From a virus (Duplodnaviria > Caudoviricetes), in IMG/VR virus record IMGVR_UViG_3300032272_000014, positions 1-56,102 of that record: a stretch of 56,102 nucleotides of DNA; one strand, written 5' to 3'. Within the stretch, counting starts at the first letter, position 1. Every line of letters starts with the position of its first letter. This document shows, piece after piece, positions 17,438 to 26,474 of the stretch. A program made the position numbers and the translations under genes. A model generated the notes under the pieces. It was not told the origin of the DNA. It saw only the letters and a list, made by a program, of their open reading frames with translations, and did not search any database.

Positions 17438-17965
17438 CTATTTTAAATTAATTTCTAACCCTATAAACCCACTGAATCGGATTTCGTTTTTGCTATACAT
17501 ATATTTTAAATCCTTACGCTCTGTAAGTTGACCTACAACAGAAGCTTTGATGGTGTTATTTATAACATAAGCAATCTCGCCACTACCACCAAACGAAAAG
17601 AATGACTTACCATACCTATCTATAAACCCCCAACCACCAAATAGTGAGGCTTCAAAGTTGTTTACTACCAACTCATTAAAAGTGTACCCAACGTTAGCTG
17701 AGTATCGTTTATAGCTTCCTTCTATTTCAGCATATTCAAATTCAGGAAATACCACTAAATATCCAAACGCTTGTTGGTTTGATTGCATCTTTAACCTTGC
17801 AAGTATATTAATAGTTCCTGCGTCATTACCAACATCATCACCTATCAACCCAAGTCTTACGTCCTGGTGTATGGATAGTGATACGTTAGATTGTGCTAAA
17901 GCAATACTACTTAGCGTTATAATCAATATAACTAGCACAATTTCCTTTACGTTTATCTTTCTCAT
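17438..17965 (-). CDS. Signal-peptide protein, probable small outer-membrane beta-barrel
   Basis: Signal ending ALA-Q; alternating aromatic/Gly strands; C-terminus GFIGLEINLK. Confidence 0.6.
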   Translation of the reverse strand: MRKINVKEIVLVILIITLSSIALAQSNVSLSIHQDVRLGLIGDDVGNDAGTINILARLKMQSNQQAFGYLVVFPEFEYAEIEGSYKRYSANVGYTFNELVVNNFEASLFGGWGFIDRYGKSFFSFGGSGEIAYVINNTIKASVVGQLTERKDLKYMYSKNEIRFSGFIGLEINLK

Positions 17966-18067
17966 GTCGTTATAGGTTCGTTAATTACTAAAGCTATGAT
18001 AACACATACAACTATTCCTATTCCTATTGCTGCTGAGAATGCTAACTTATAGTTTATTTCTTTTGAT

Positions 18068-18322
18068 TTATCTTTCATAGTTTTTAATTAATTGTTCTAA
18101 TACATCTACTTCTAGTAAGTCATTAACTTCTAAAAACTCATTAATTGTTTTAGGTTGTCTTTTTATCTTATGTGTTATAATATCAGGTGCTTCAAAATTT
18201 TCGTATGAATACAGGTGGTAAATATATGTACGCCTACCTTTGCCTAATAATGAACACCAGTCTGTGTCGCACTCACCACCTACGTAATGCAATTCTAATA
18301 CTTCTTTTACTTTTTTACTCAT
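18068..18322 (-). CDS. Hypothetical protein
   Basis: ORF track. Confidence 0.55.
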   Translation of the reverse strand: MSKKVKEVLELHYVGGECDTDWCSLLGKGRRTYIYHLYSYENFEAPDIITHKIKRQPKTINEFLEVNDLLEVDVLEQLIKNYER

Positions 18323-18481
18323 AATTTCTAGTTTATTTAATTATTTTCTTAATTTCGTTTACGTAATATCTTAAAACAGTTTGTTTAACCGCTGTATCAT
18401 CATTGTAATAATGTGAATCTACTTCTACCCTACCGTTTATAATTGTTGTCTTTACTAAAGGTTCGTTTAAATTTCTCATAA

Positions 18482-18799
18482 TTATGATTCTATAGCTATT
18501 TCTAACCATGTTAATATTTTATCTTCTTGTTTAGCCGTTAGCTTAACTTCATCACTTCTAACATTATAAATAGAATTGATTTTAAACTCACAATCTGTTA
18601 AGTGACCTTCATAATCTCTTTTTAAATCAAATTCAATAAAGAAGTATAGATCGTTGTCATCATCATCATAAACACATATTTCTTTTTCCACCTTAATAGA
18701 TGATCCACTCGCACCATCATAATCCCAATCCCAAAGAAATGCACTAATGGTTGGTAAGTTCTCGCACATTTGCGTAATTTGTAAGTCTGTAATTTTCAT
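18482..18799 (-). CDS. Acidic hypothetical protein, first gene of leftward operon
   Basis: ORF track. Confidence 0.6.
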   Translation of the reverse strand: MKITDLQITQMCENLPTISAFLWDWDYDGASGSSIKVEKEICVYDDDDNDLYFFIEFDLKRDYEGHLTDCEFKINSIYNVRSDEVKLTAKQEDKILTWLEIAIES

Positions 18800-18826
18800 A
18801 ATTTAAAGTTTTAATTGTTTGTTTGA

Positions 18827-18889
18827 CAAATATACAAAATTATTTAATATAAAAAAAGCTTTGATATTAAAAAGATTTGTTTATCTTTG
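18827..18889. promoter_or_regulatory. Divergent Bacteroidota promoters
   Basis: TATATTTG on - (18827-18834); TTTG-N18-TATCTTTG on + (18860-18889). Confidence 0.65.
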
Positions 18890-18905
18890 AATTAAATATC
18901 TAAAT

Positions 18906-19076
18906 ATGGATTTGACAAAGCAATTAAAAGAGAGAGGTGTTACTAAAGCAGAAATGTCTCGAAAAATGGGTGTTACATGGAATACGGTAAATAACTGGTG
19001 TAATACAGAATGGAAAAGATTGAGTTACACAACACGAGAAAGGATATGTAAACTGTTAGAGGTTGAGGTGTGCTAA
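18906..19076 (+). CDS. Cro/XRE-like HTH regulator, 56 aa
   Basis: Hand translation LKERGVTKAEMSRKMGVTWNTVNNW...ICKLLEV; not in ORF track. Confidence 0.75.
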   Translation: MDLTKQLKERGVTKAEMSRKMGVTWNTVNNWCNTEWKRLSYTTRERICKLLEVEVC

Positions 19077-19127
19077 CGTTAATCGTATATGATTTTTAAA
19101 AATTAATAAATAAAAACAGAATAAATT

Positions 19128-19349
19128 ATGTGGACAGAAGTAAGTAAACAGACACCAAAATCAGACCAAAACTATGAAGTGTATGGAATTGTAAATGTAG
19201 GTACTAAACACGAAACTAAACAGCAGTTTCAAGCCTACTTTAATACAGAAACCCAAAAATGGGAAAACCACAATTGGGATGATATAAACCCTTGCGATCA
19301 CGAAGTAAAGTTTTGGTATGATTTTGACCAAGTGAAAGAACCGATGTAA
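19128..19349 (+). CDS. Hypothetical protein (DUF551-like W...P...W pattern) in attC loop
   Basis: MWTEVSKQTP...VKFW. Confidence 0.6.
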   Translation: MWTEVSKQTPKSDQNYEVYGIVNVGTKHETKQQFQAYFNTETQKWENHNWDDINPCDHEVKFWYDFDQVKEPM

Positions 19350-19425
19350 TTTTTATTAATTATATACGGTGTTAGCATTAGCGAAGCGTAGTTTTAATTA
19401 ATGCTAACGTATTGGATAAGAATAG

Positions 19426-19683
19426 TTGCGAATTAAAAAACACAAAATTATGAGTTACGATGAAAACAGAATAAGCGACCAGATAGATGGAGGATTGCAC
19501 GAACAAGAGCAATTATTTTTATCTAGTGTTGTGCTTTCGTTGAATTACAACAAGGCAAAGGAATTATTTAATGAACTAATAAACGCTGGTAGAGATATGG
19601 AAAGACGAGATAATTTAAACCAACCATACATAAGCGGTGACGAATACTTACATAATGTGCTTGATAGGTACAAACCTCAATGA
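19426..19683 (+). CDS. Junction-spanning protein (LFLSSV|V)
   Basis: GTT 19528-19530 in frame. Confidence 0.65.
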   Translation: MRIKKHKIMSYDENRISDQIDGGLHEQEQLFLSSVVLSLNYNKAKELFNELINAGRDMERRDNLNQPYISGDEYLHNVLDRYKPQ

Positions 19684-19744
19684 AGCATAACAGACGAGTG
19701 TATGGTTAATAGCGTGGAATTAAGAACTAATTAAATAAAAAGAA

Positions 19745-19987
19745 ATGAATAAAAGTAAATTGTTAAAAGATTTGACAGAAGTTTATGATAATATGTCTGA
19801 TGATATAGACGAACCAAGAGAAGCACTAGGTTATGTGATAAGCGAATTAAAGCTATTAAATATACATGGTGTTATGCGTAGTTGTTTTGATGCTGGTGTA
19901 GAATACCAAAGGCAATTTGAAAGCAAACTATCTGAAAGCTATGACAAACCAAACTTTGAAGAATGGTATCAAAATAATTACGCATAA
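19745..19987 (+). CDS. Junction-spanning protein (LNIHGV|M)
   Basis: GTT 19871-19873 in frame. Confidence 0.65.
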   Translation: MNKSKLLKDLTEVYDNMSDDIDEPREALGYVISELKLLNIHGVMRSCFDAGVEYQRQFESKLSESYDKPNFEEWYQNNYA

Positions 19988-20087
19988 CGTGCCGATTGTA
20001 TGGCACGTATGAGGCACGAATATGGGCTATACAATATGTTAGCCATCTGGCGCGGGTTAATATAACAAAACTTAATTAAACAACGAA

Positions 20088-20465
20088 ATGGAAGAAAAAA
20101 ATTTTAGAATAGGAAACTTAATAGAAGAGCCAAAAGGGTTTACACATAAAATAGGAAGAGTGGACGAACTATCCACACGGGTAAGGCACGGACTGAAAAT
20201 ATCAATACCACACCTTACTGGATTTGGATTTGTGGAAGACAATAACGGCAACTACTGGATAGACTTACAAACTCATTATTTAGAACTTATACCCTCAAAT
20301 GGGTATTGGTATCCCATATACGCCCAAGTGCCTGAAATGAGCCATGAAGATGAACAGCGAGTAAGTACAAATAGGATTGAGTTCGTACACGAATTACAGA
20401 ACTTGTTTTTTGCGTTAACTGGTACTGAACTTGAAATTAAGGCAGAGCGTAGCACTTGTGGCTAA
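20088..20465 (+). CDS. Cassette protein, RIGN...LQNLFFALTG family (paralog of 52296..52649)
   Basis: Shared N- and C-terminal motifs. Confidence 0.75.
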   Translation: MEEKNFRIGNLIEEPKGFTHKIGRVDELSTRVRHGLKISIPHLTGFGFVEDNNGNYWIDLQTHYLELIPSNGYWYPIYAQVPEMSHEDEQRVSTNRIEFVHELQNLFFALTGTELEIKAERSTCG

Positions 20466-20579
20466 CGTTGAGTGTATGAGCAGTAGCCTACACGAACCAA
20501 CCAAAGAGAGATAAAATTAAATATTAAACAACTGCAATAGTTAAAAAGCCTGGCAGCTATTGCTTATACACATTGTTAG

Positions 20580-20780
20580 GTGCTTTTAAAATTAATGAAA
20601 AATTTAACAGTAAAAGAGTTAATTGAACAATTGAAAAAGTTTGATGAGAATAAAGAAGTACAAATTGGTGCAGTAGGTTTTTCAAGTAAAGACAGTTGGG
20701 ATGCTCCACTTGATTTAGAAGAACTTACAGTAGATGAGTTTAAAGGAATTGTTAGGATAAACTTTAGTCTTTACGGTTAA
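20580..20780 (+). CDS. Cassette hypothetical protein (LTVKELIEQLKKFD)
   Basis: ORF track. Confidence 0.6.
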   Translation: MLLKLMKNLTVKELIEQLKKFDENKEVQIGAVGFSSKDSWDAPLDLEELTVDEFKGIVRINFSLYG

Positions 20781-20844
20781 TTTTTATTGCACTTAACGGC
20801 TAAGGCTATGAATAGTTTATTTACGGATTAAAAAAACAGAAACA

Positions 20845-21156
20845 ATGGAAGAAATAACAAAAGAATTAAATAGTGCTACAGAGTACTTACGAGCAATGAA
20901 AAAAAGCGGACACCATAAAGGTGATTGCGATAATATATTAATGCACCTTGCTAACATAGAGGACTTAGTAAATAAATTATTTATAGCCAATGTTAGCGTT
21001 TCGTTTATAGAACAAGTAAAAAAGCAAATAGAATACCACGAAGAACAAGAAACCAACCGAAGCAAGGTAAAAGATTATAGACAAGCAATATACCACGACA
21101 ACAGGCGAGGTGCTTTAGAGGACTTATTATTATGGATTAAGTTAAATGAACGCTAA
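20845..21156 (+). CDS. Junction-spanning protein (LFIANV|S)
   Basis: GTT 20992-20994 in frame. Confidence 0.65.
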   Translation: MEEITKELNSATEYLRAMKKSGHHKGDCDNILMHLANIEDLVNKLFIANVSVSFIEQVKKQIEYHEEQETNRSKVKDYRQAIYHDNRRGALEDLLLWIKLNER

Positions 21157-21202
21157 CGTATTGCTATATGATTAGTGCGGAATTTAAACACGAAATTTAA
21201 TT

Positions 21203-21535
21203 ATGAAAACGGAACTACGAGAAAAGGTTTGGAAGAAATATGATTGCAAATGTTCCTATTGTGGCGAAGATTTGCAATACAAGAAAATGCAAGTTGACCA
21301 CATAGAGGCTAAATACTTGGGAGGTAAAGACGATATTGAAAATTACAACCCATCTTGTAGGCAATGCAATTTCTATAAAAGTACATTTAGCCTTGAACAA
21401 TTTAAACAGCAATTAGCCACAATAACTGAAAGGATTAAGAAACCATTTATAGTAAGACTTGCAATGAAGTATGGTATTATTTCTTTCAAACCTTTTGATG
21501 GTAAATTTTACTATGAAAAACTGAACGAGCATTAA
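21203..21535 (+). CDS. HNH endonuclease inside attC loop
   Basis: CSYCG...VDH...ENYNPSCRQCNFYK. Confidence 0.85.
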   Translation: MKTELREKVWKKYDCKCSYCGEDLQYKKMQVDHIEAKYLGGKDDIENYNPSCRQCNFYKSTFSLEQFKQQLATITERIKKPFIVRLAMKYGIISFKPFDGKFYYEKLNEH

Positions 21536-21585
21536 TTATATAGCGTGTTGTAGCATCGTTTTAATGTGCTACAACGTTAAAATGT

Positions 21586-21873
21586 ATGGTTAGTTGCGTA
21601 GAATTAAATAATAAACTTAATAAAAATATAATGGATTCAAAAGAAATATTAAAAAGATACTGTAAAGCGAAGTATGGAAATGAAATAGTTATAAAAACCT
21701 ATGACATTCAAGAAATTAAGCAAATAATAGACTTTACACAGCAATTAAATATACATAGTGTTAGCCAACAACGTGAACTGTTAATTGGCTTATTGACAAA
21801 ACTTGAAAATGGTGGTGGAAGTGCCTTTATTGATAAAGAACAGATTGTAGATGATTACTTAAAAGCCAATTAA
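21586..21873 (+). CDS. Junction-spanning protein (LNIHSV|S); true start probably MDSKE
   Basis: GTT 21760-21762 in frame. Confidence 0.6.
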   Translation: MVSCVELNNKLNKNIMDSKEILKRYCKAKYGNEIVIKTYDIQEIKQIIDFTQQLNIHSVSQQRELLIGLLTKLENGGGSAFIDKEQIVDDYLKAN

Positions 21874-21925
21874 TTGTGGCTAACAATAGTATATAGTTAA
21901 CTAACAATCACATAACTAATTGATA
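21871..21925 (-). other. attI-like terminal site of array 2 plus IHF-consensus box
   Basis: Matches 4341-4360; TATCAATTAGTTA on - strand at 21913-21925. Confidence 0.6.
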
Positions 21926-22144
21926 ATGAACTACGAACGTGTAAATTTAACATATAACGTGTATTGGTATTTTAAGGATCATCCACACCTGAAGGTAACA
22001 AGATGCAAAAAGGTTATTAATACTAAAACTAATAAGATGTTAACTTATGGTGTTCGTGGTTTTAATATTGGTGGTAAGTATTATAAAAGGCATGAATTAA
22101 ATAAAATGCTAATTAACATTAAATTTGAATCATGCCCTTTTTAG
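21920..22144 (+). CDS. Array-terminal small protein (paralog of 4071..4298)
   Basis: Shared HP.(I/L)K(L/V)T...KV.N.KTN and terminal CPF. Confidence 0.7.
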   Translation: MIMNYERVNLTYNVYWYFKDHPHLKVTRCKKVINTKTNKMLTYGVRGFNIGGKYYKRHELNKMLINIKFESCPF

Positions 22145-22166
22145 TGCATAATTGCGTTTATGCAGT

Positions 22167-23417
22167 TTATAAGGAATAATCTAATACAACTTCATCACGA
22201 TCCTTATTCCATTCAAATTTAAAAGGTGAATGTATCTTATTACCATCTTCTTTATAATTAAACATTTCAAACCCACTCATCCCTTTTTTAAAGTTTGTCT
22301 GTACCCATTCTGAACTAGGACTAAATGCAGGGTAATTATAGTAATCAAATTCATCTGAAGTACTTTCATCAAATATCTTTTGGTGTGAATCACCTTTACT
22401 GAACTCAATAATATAATCGTGTAACTTATATTCTTTAATATAGTTGCTTATCTTTTCTATTTGCTTAGTTTCTAAGATTGGTTTAAAGCCGAATTTAAGA
22501 TGCTTGTCGTCTTTACCGTGAGTTAGTATAAAACAATTCTTACCATAAACGTAGTGGTTTATAAATCGCCTCATATTGTTTACTTTAACATTAGAATATC
22601 TAATTTCTATAAATTTTTTAAAACTAGAATTAACAACATATCCAAATGAACCTGCATGGTTATCATTACAAATGTTATTACAAATTATGCGCTCATAATG
22701 TTTCGCTAAATTATCAATTAGTTTTATCTTAAACCCCAAACCAACATCGAAAGCTTTTTCATTATCCATGTTTTGAGGAAGTGAATGACCCTTTCTAGTT
22801 GTCTCACCATCCCAACCATCCATAAAATCACCTAACTCATCTATAATTAAAGTGTTCCCTTTCTTGGTTTCTAAAGTGTGTGCTACCATTAAAGACAATC
22901 TTCGTTCTATTTCATCCTCATCCCATTTACCACCATACAAAGAATGACCGTTTTTATTAGTTGTCATACCTATATGTACATCTGTGTAAACTAATCTATC
23001 AAATGTAAAAACGCCAGTATCTTTGATAATTGGCATTAATTTGATTGGTTTAGAGTACTTAGACATTATTTTATCAAAGTCTATAGAGTCCTCTGTAATT
23101 TCTATTTGTTTTGGTGCGTATTGAATCCATTGTTGACCCGTTGTTTGTGAAGTTGATATTTTAATTATCTCAAAATTATCAGGTACTTCTATTGGTTCAC
23201 TCTGTAGTTTTTCTAAAGTAGATATTACAGCACCATCTTTATTAAGCTTCTTTTGTGTTTTAACAAAATTTCTTTTATTAGGCTTTGGCACACGACCCAA
23301 CAATGTTAATTGTTCGATTGTTACGTAATACTTTGGATTTCCGTGTTTTGTCTTTTGCCTTACTTGGAATCCAAGTTCAAGAGCTTCTAAAGAAGTTAGT
23401 CTTACCTTTTGTTTCAT
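22167..23417 (-). CDS. Calcineurin-like metallophosphoesterase/nuclease
   Basis: DVHIG, GDFMDG, NDNH, THG, GDSH motifs. Confidence 0.7.
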   Translation of the reverse strand: MKQKVRLTSLEALELGFQVRQKTKHGNPKYYVTIEQLTLLGRVPKPNKRNFVKTQKKLNKDGAVISTLEKLQSEPIEVPDNFEIIKISTSQTTGQQWIQYAPKQIEITEDSIDFDKIMSKYSKPIKLMPIIKDTGVFTFDRLVYTDVHIGMTTNKNGHSLYGGKWDEDEIERRLSLMVAHTLETKKGNTLIIDELGDFMDGWDGETTRKGHSLPQNMDNEKAFDVGLGFKIKLIDNLAKHYERIICNNICNDNHAGSFGYVVNSSFKKFIEIRYSNVKVNNMRRFINHYVYGKNCFILTHGKDDKHLKFGFKPILETKQIEKISNYIKEYKLHDYIIEFSKGDSHQKIFDESTSDEFDYYNYPAFSPSSEWVQTNFKKGMSGFEMFNYKEDGNKIHSPFKFEWNKDRDEVVLDYSL

Positions 23418-23473
23418 GTTTTAGTTTGTCAATTTATATGTTTACTTTTTTATCGTTTTGTCAACTTATATAT

Positions 23474-24028
23474 TTACCACACTTTAACAGCTATAGTGGC
23501 TTTAGCGTCTAAGTTCCTAGTGAAGTCGTTGTATTGAACACCTACACCTATAATTAGTTTATTTTTAATCTGAAGCATTGCTCCGAGTTCTGGATTGATT
23601 TGCGAAGTAATTGGCATTGATCCATAAAGAAATAAACCACTAGCGTCACGAGTTATAATCGTTTCTGTGGTCGTTTCTACTTTTGGGAAGGTGATAATGC
23701 CTTTAACGTCATAAAGTTCGTTAGCGGTTATCGTAAGCATTGCTTTAGCCTCATTACTTAGAAGTTCCACCTCAAATTGGGATGAAGTAATCGTATTTTC
23801 GCTAGGCTTGTCTTTGTAAATAATAGAATCTTTACCTTTGATCGTTTTAGTTTTCTCAATATAAACAGGTTTAGGTATTTCTTTTATTGATACTGTATTG
23901 ATAGTATCATGTACTATTTCTACTTTAGTTACTGTAGTAGTTACTACTCTTGGTTTTTCTTCGCATTGCTTTAATAAAGCAAATACAACTATAGCACCTG
24001 CTACAACCCACCATAAACTAATCTTCAT
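23474..24028 (-). CDS. Membrane-anchored protein, possible spanin-like lysis factor
   Basis: N-terminal TM/lipobox-like segment; downstream of endolysin. Confidence 0.4.
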   Translation of the reverse strand: MKISLWWVVAGAIVVFALLKQCEEKPRVVTTTVTKVEIVHDTINTVSIKEIPKPVYIEKTKTIKGKDSIIYKDKPSENTITSSQFEVELLSNEAKAMLTITANELYDVKGIITFPKVETTTETIITRDASGLFLYGSMPITSQINPELGAMLQIKNKLIIGVGVQYNDFTRNLDAKATIAVKVW

Positions 24029-24078
24029 AGGTTAGTGATTTACAGTATTCGTAAAAACAGTATTTAGTATCTTCCATA

Positions 24079-24276
24079 TTAATTTAATTTATAGTTTAAT
24101 TGAGACATTAAAGCATGGGTTTTTTTCACTGAATATTGTTGTCCGTAACTAATTATATTAACAATATCTATATCTACTGCGTCAATATAAAATCCGTGTA
24201 TTTGTTCTATATCATAATCAAAAGGAATAAAAACCTCTTCATCATCATCATTATAAGCTAACATTTGTAAATTCAT
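24079..24276 (-). CDS. Hypothetical protein
   Basis: ORF track. Confidence 0.5.
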   Translation of the reverse strand: MNLQMLAYNDDDEEVFIPFDYDIEQIHGFYIDAVDIDIVNIISYGQQYSVKKTHALMSQLNYKLN

Positions 24277-24309
24277 ATCTCGTATTTATGTGATAAAGTT
24301 AGTTATCGC

Positions 24310-24663
24310 TTATTTCATTTCAAAATGAGGTGTATCTATAAATCCGTCTGGCTTATCATTACCGTTAAAATCACCACCCCACCTATTACGAGAATTTAAA
24401 GACTCCCAAAAATCACCAAGAACTTTTATTTTGTGAAAGTCATATGTAAGTTTGCCATTTATGAAGAAATTAAAATCAACGGCTAATCTGTTTAAATGTT
24501 TAGAGTTTAATGTTTGGCTTTTACCTTCTGATTTAAGTCTTTTCTGCTCTTCTAAACTTCTCCATGCATGACCAAAAGTTAATTCTATATCTATAGCATA
24601 GGCAAATTCAATAAGTAAACCGATGTTTTTTGTAAAAATTCTTTGTCTTTGGCTTAATTTCAT
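24310..24663 (-). CDS. Endolysin, peptidase M15 (L-Ala-D-Glu peptidase-like)
   Basis: R...SKHLNRLAVDF...WGG...DTPHFE. Confidence 0.85.
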   Translation of the reverse strand: MKLSQRQRIFTKNIGLLIEFAYAIDIELTFGHAWRSLEEQKRLKSEGKSQTLNSKHLNRLAVDFNFFINGKLTYDFHKIKVLGDFWESLNSRNRWGGDFNGNDKPDGFIDTPHFEMK

Positions 24664-25196
24664 TCTAATATTTTATTTAAGTGAAATATTATATTAAATG
24701 ATATTACTAATGCAGCTATAAGTTCACCTAAACCAACACTATAAAAATTTAATATAAATGCTAAAAGAAATCCTACAATTCCTACAGCACTACCAATGTA
24801 CGAAAATTTATTCTTATTATAGAATATTATCTCAGAATAAGCTGTTAAAATAGCTAAACCTGTAAAAACCATGTGTAAATTTTCAACTAATACGTTTGGA
24901 TGCGTTACTGGTGTGCATAAGACACCAATGAATAAAAAGCCTGTGATTCGGTTTAAATGTTCTATTCTTATATTGATGCCTAATATATTAAAAAGTGCTT
25001 TAAACTTATCTTTAAACGTAAAAGAACGTATTAAAAAGATACTAGAAATAGAGGATAATGTTGCAAATAATAAAGGCTCTTCTAAACTTCGTGCGTATTG
25101 TGACCAACTAGGATATAAATTTAAGCAAACCATTAACGTTGCTATTGATAAAGATAGTATTGTTAGTATTAAAATTATTAGTCTCGCACCCTTCAT
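24660..25196 (-). CDS. Multi-pass membrane protein
   Basis: About six hydrophobic segments. Confidence 0.6.
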   Translation of the reverse strand: MKGARLIILILTILSLSIATLMVCLNLYPSWSQYARSLEEPLLFATLSSISSIFLIRSFTFKDKFKALFNILGINIRIEHLNRITGFLFIGVLCTPVTHPNVLVENLHMVFTGLAILTAYSEIIFYNKNKFSYIGSAVGIVGFLLAFILNFYSVGLGELIAALVISFNIIFHLNKILE

Positions 25197-25198
25197 GG

Positions 25199-25717
25199 TT
25201 AATCTTTTAGTACTGTAACGGTAAAATAAGAATCTTTTAAAGCTATTAATTCATGCGGCTGACCTGCGATAAATATAAATTCCTCACCAGCTTCATAATC
25301 TATATTTGATACCCTTTCAAAAATATTACCTATTTCTATGTAATTAATTTCGCTACAATCCTCATGTAAATGTAAACTAAATTCACCACCTCTCATCATG
25401 CGAACCTCAAAAATCAATCTCTTTTCTGTAGAGTAAATCTTTTTTACAGCCAACTTTTCGTTAATATTCTGCATGATGTTTAACTCGAATTTATCAAGTT
25501 CATCAAAAGTGTATATCTCTTTTTGTTTACCGTTTATTTTATCTAACAATTCTTTAAGTTCACCTGCTTGTTTGTAAAAATCTCGCATAAGTTCGTGCCT
25601 ATCGCTTCTGCTCCTATCTACCTCAAAACCGTAATTATATTTTTCTTTTTTAGGTTTAGCACACATCATTTTCGGTCTTTTATAATATCCTTCAATTGTG
25701 TAAATACAATACTCCAT
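25199..25717 (-). CDS. Cupin-domain protein
   Basis: HLHEDCSE...AGEEFIFIAGQPHEL. Confidence 0.55.
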   Translation of the reverse strand: MEYCIYTIEGYYKRPKMMCAKPKKEKYNYGFEVDRSRSDRHELMRDFYKQAGELKELLDKINGKQKEIYTFDELDKFELNIMQNINEKLAVKKIYSTEKRLIFEVRMMRGGEFSLHLHEDCSEINYIEIGNIFERVSNIDYEAGEEFIFIAGQPHELIALKDSYFTVTVLKD

Positions 25718-25929
25718 TTTTCAGACATAGTATATAAGTCTTTATTATTTTCTTTCATGTCGGATTGGTGCGAGTCGATAACCTCTCTTATCCTTTCGTC
25801 TTTATATTTTAAATCCTGTTTTAAAGATTTTCTATCAATGATTAAAAACCATATCACAACAGCCATTACCGCAAATACAGATATTTCTTTTATGTTTAGT
25901 AGGGTTTCTAGTATTTCAGTCTGTTGCAT
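25666..25929 (-). CDS. Holin-like protein (1 TM + coiled coil)
   Basis: Topology and lysis-module position. Confidence 0.45.
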   Translation of the reverse strand: MQQTEILETLLNIKEISVFAVMAVVIWFLIIDRKSLKQDLKYKDERIREVIDSHQSDMKENNKDLYTMSEKWSIVFTQLKDIIKDRK

Positions 25930-25932
25930 TGT

Positions 25933-26250
25933 TTATTTTTTTTTAGCGTCCTTAATAGCTGATACTGCAAAAGCTAAGGATAAATATGATGCCGGGTTTG
26001 TTCCTATATCCCAACCCGTTAAAGCTGTTAATGACTCTGCAACGTCTGGTGCTATAATTAATATAACTGATATTAACAATATTATAGATGTAGACCATAT
26101 CCAAATAGGTAAGCTTTCCGTTTTGTAATTAGACCAGAAAACTTTAGACATTACTAATTTTTTTTTAAAAATATGTTCCCTAAAAGCTATTACATTATAC
26201 GAAACAATACCTAGTAAACCCATTCCGAAATTGGTAAAAAATTCTAACAT
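25933..26250 (-). CDS. Holin candidate (3 TM, basic C-terminus)
   Basis: Hydrophobic segments; position. Confidence 0.45.
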   Translation of the reverse strand: MLEFFTNFGMGLLGIVSYNVIAFREHIFKKKLVMSKVFWSNYKTESLPIWIWSTSIILLISVILIIAPDVAESLTALTGWDIGTNPASYLSLAFAVSAIKDAKKK

Positions 26251-26474
26251 TATTTATTATTTATTATTAATTGAAATAAAACCTCTTCTAAATCTTCATT
26301 ATGCCTATCATCCCATTTATAAAATATAAACTTTACAAACGTTTCAAAATAATTATCAAAACTTATATGATTTAATTTTACATAATCTAAATAAGCTTTA
26401 ACATGATCCTCATTAGGTGTTACTTTCACTTTATCGCACCTTTCAATAAACGCTTTTAATAAATCTACTATCAT
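26250..26474 (-). CDS. Hypothetical protein
   Basis: ORF track. Confidence 0.5.
   Translation of the reverse strand: MIVDLLKAFIERCDKVKVTPNEDHVKAYLDYVKLNHISFDNYFETFVKFIFYKWDDRHNEDLEEVLFQLIINNK

Larger units (their letters stand above)
19068..21900 (-). mobile_element. Integron-like cassette array 2 (8 attC-like sites + attI-like end; all genes on + strand)
   Basis: Sites 19075-19373, 19406-19530, 19689-19873, 19986-20040, 20464-20577, 20795-20994, 21155-21549, 21573-21762; terminal core 21882-21884. Confidence 0.85.
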
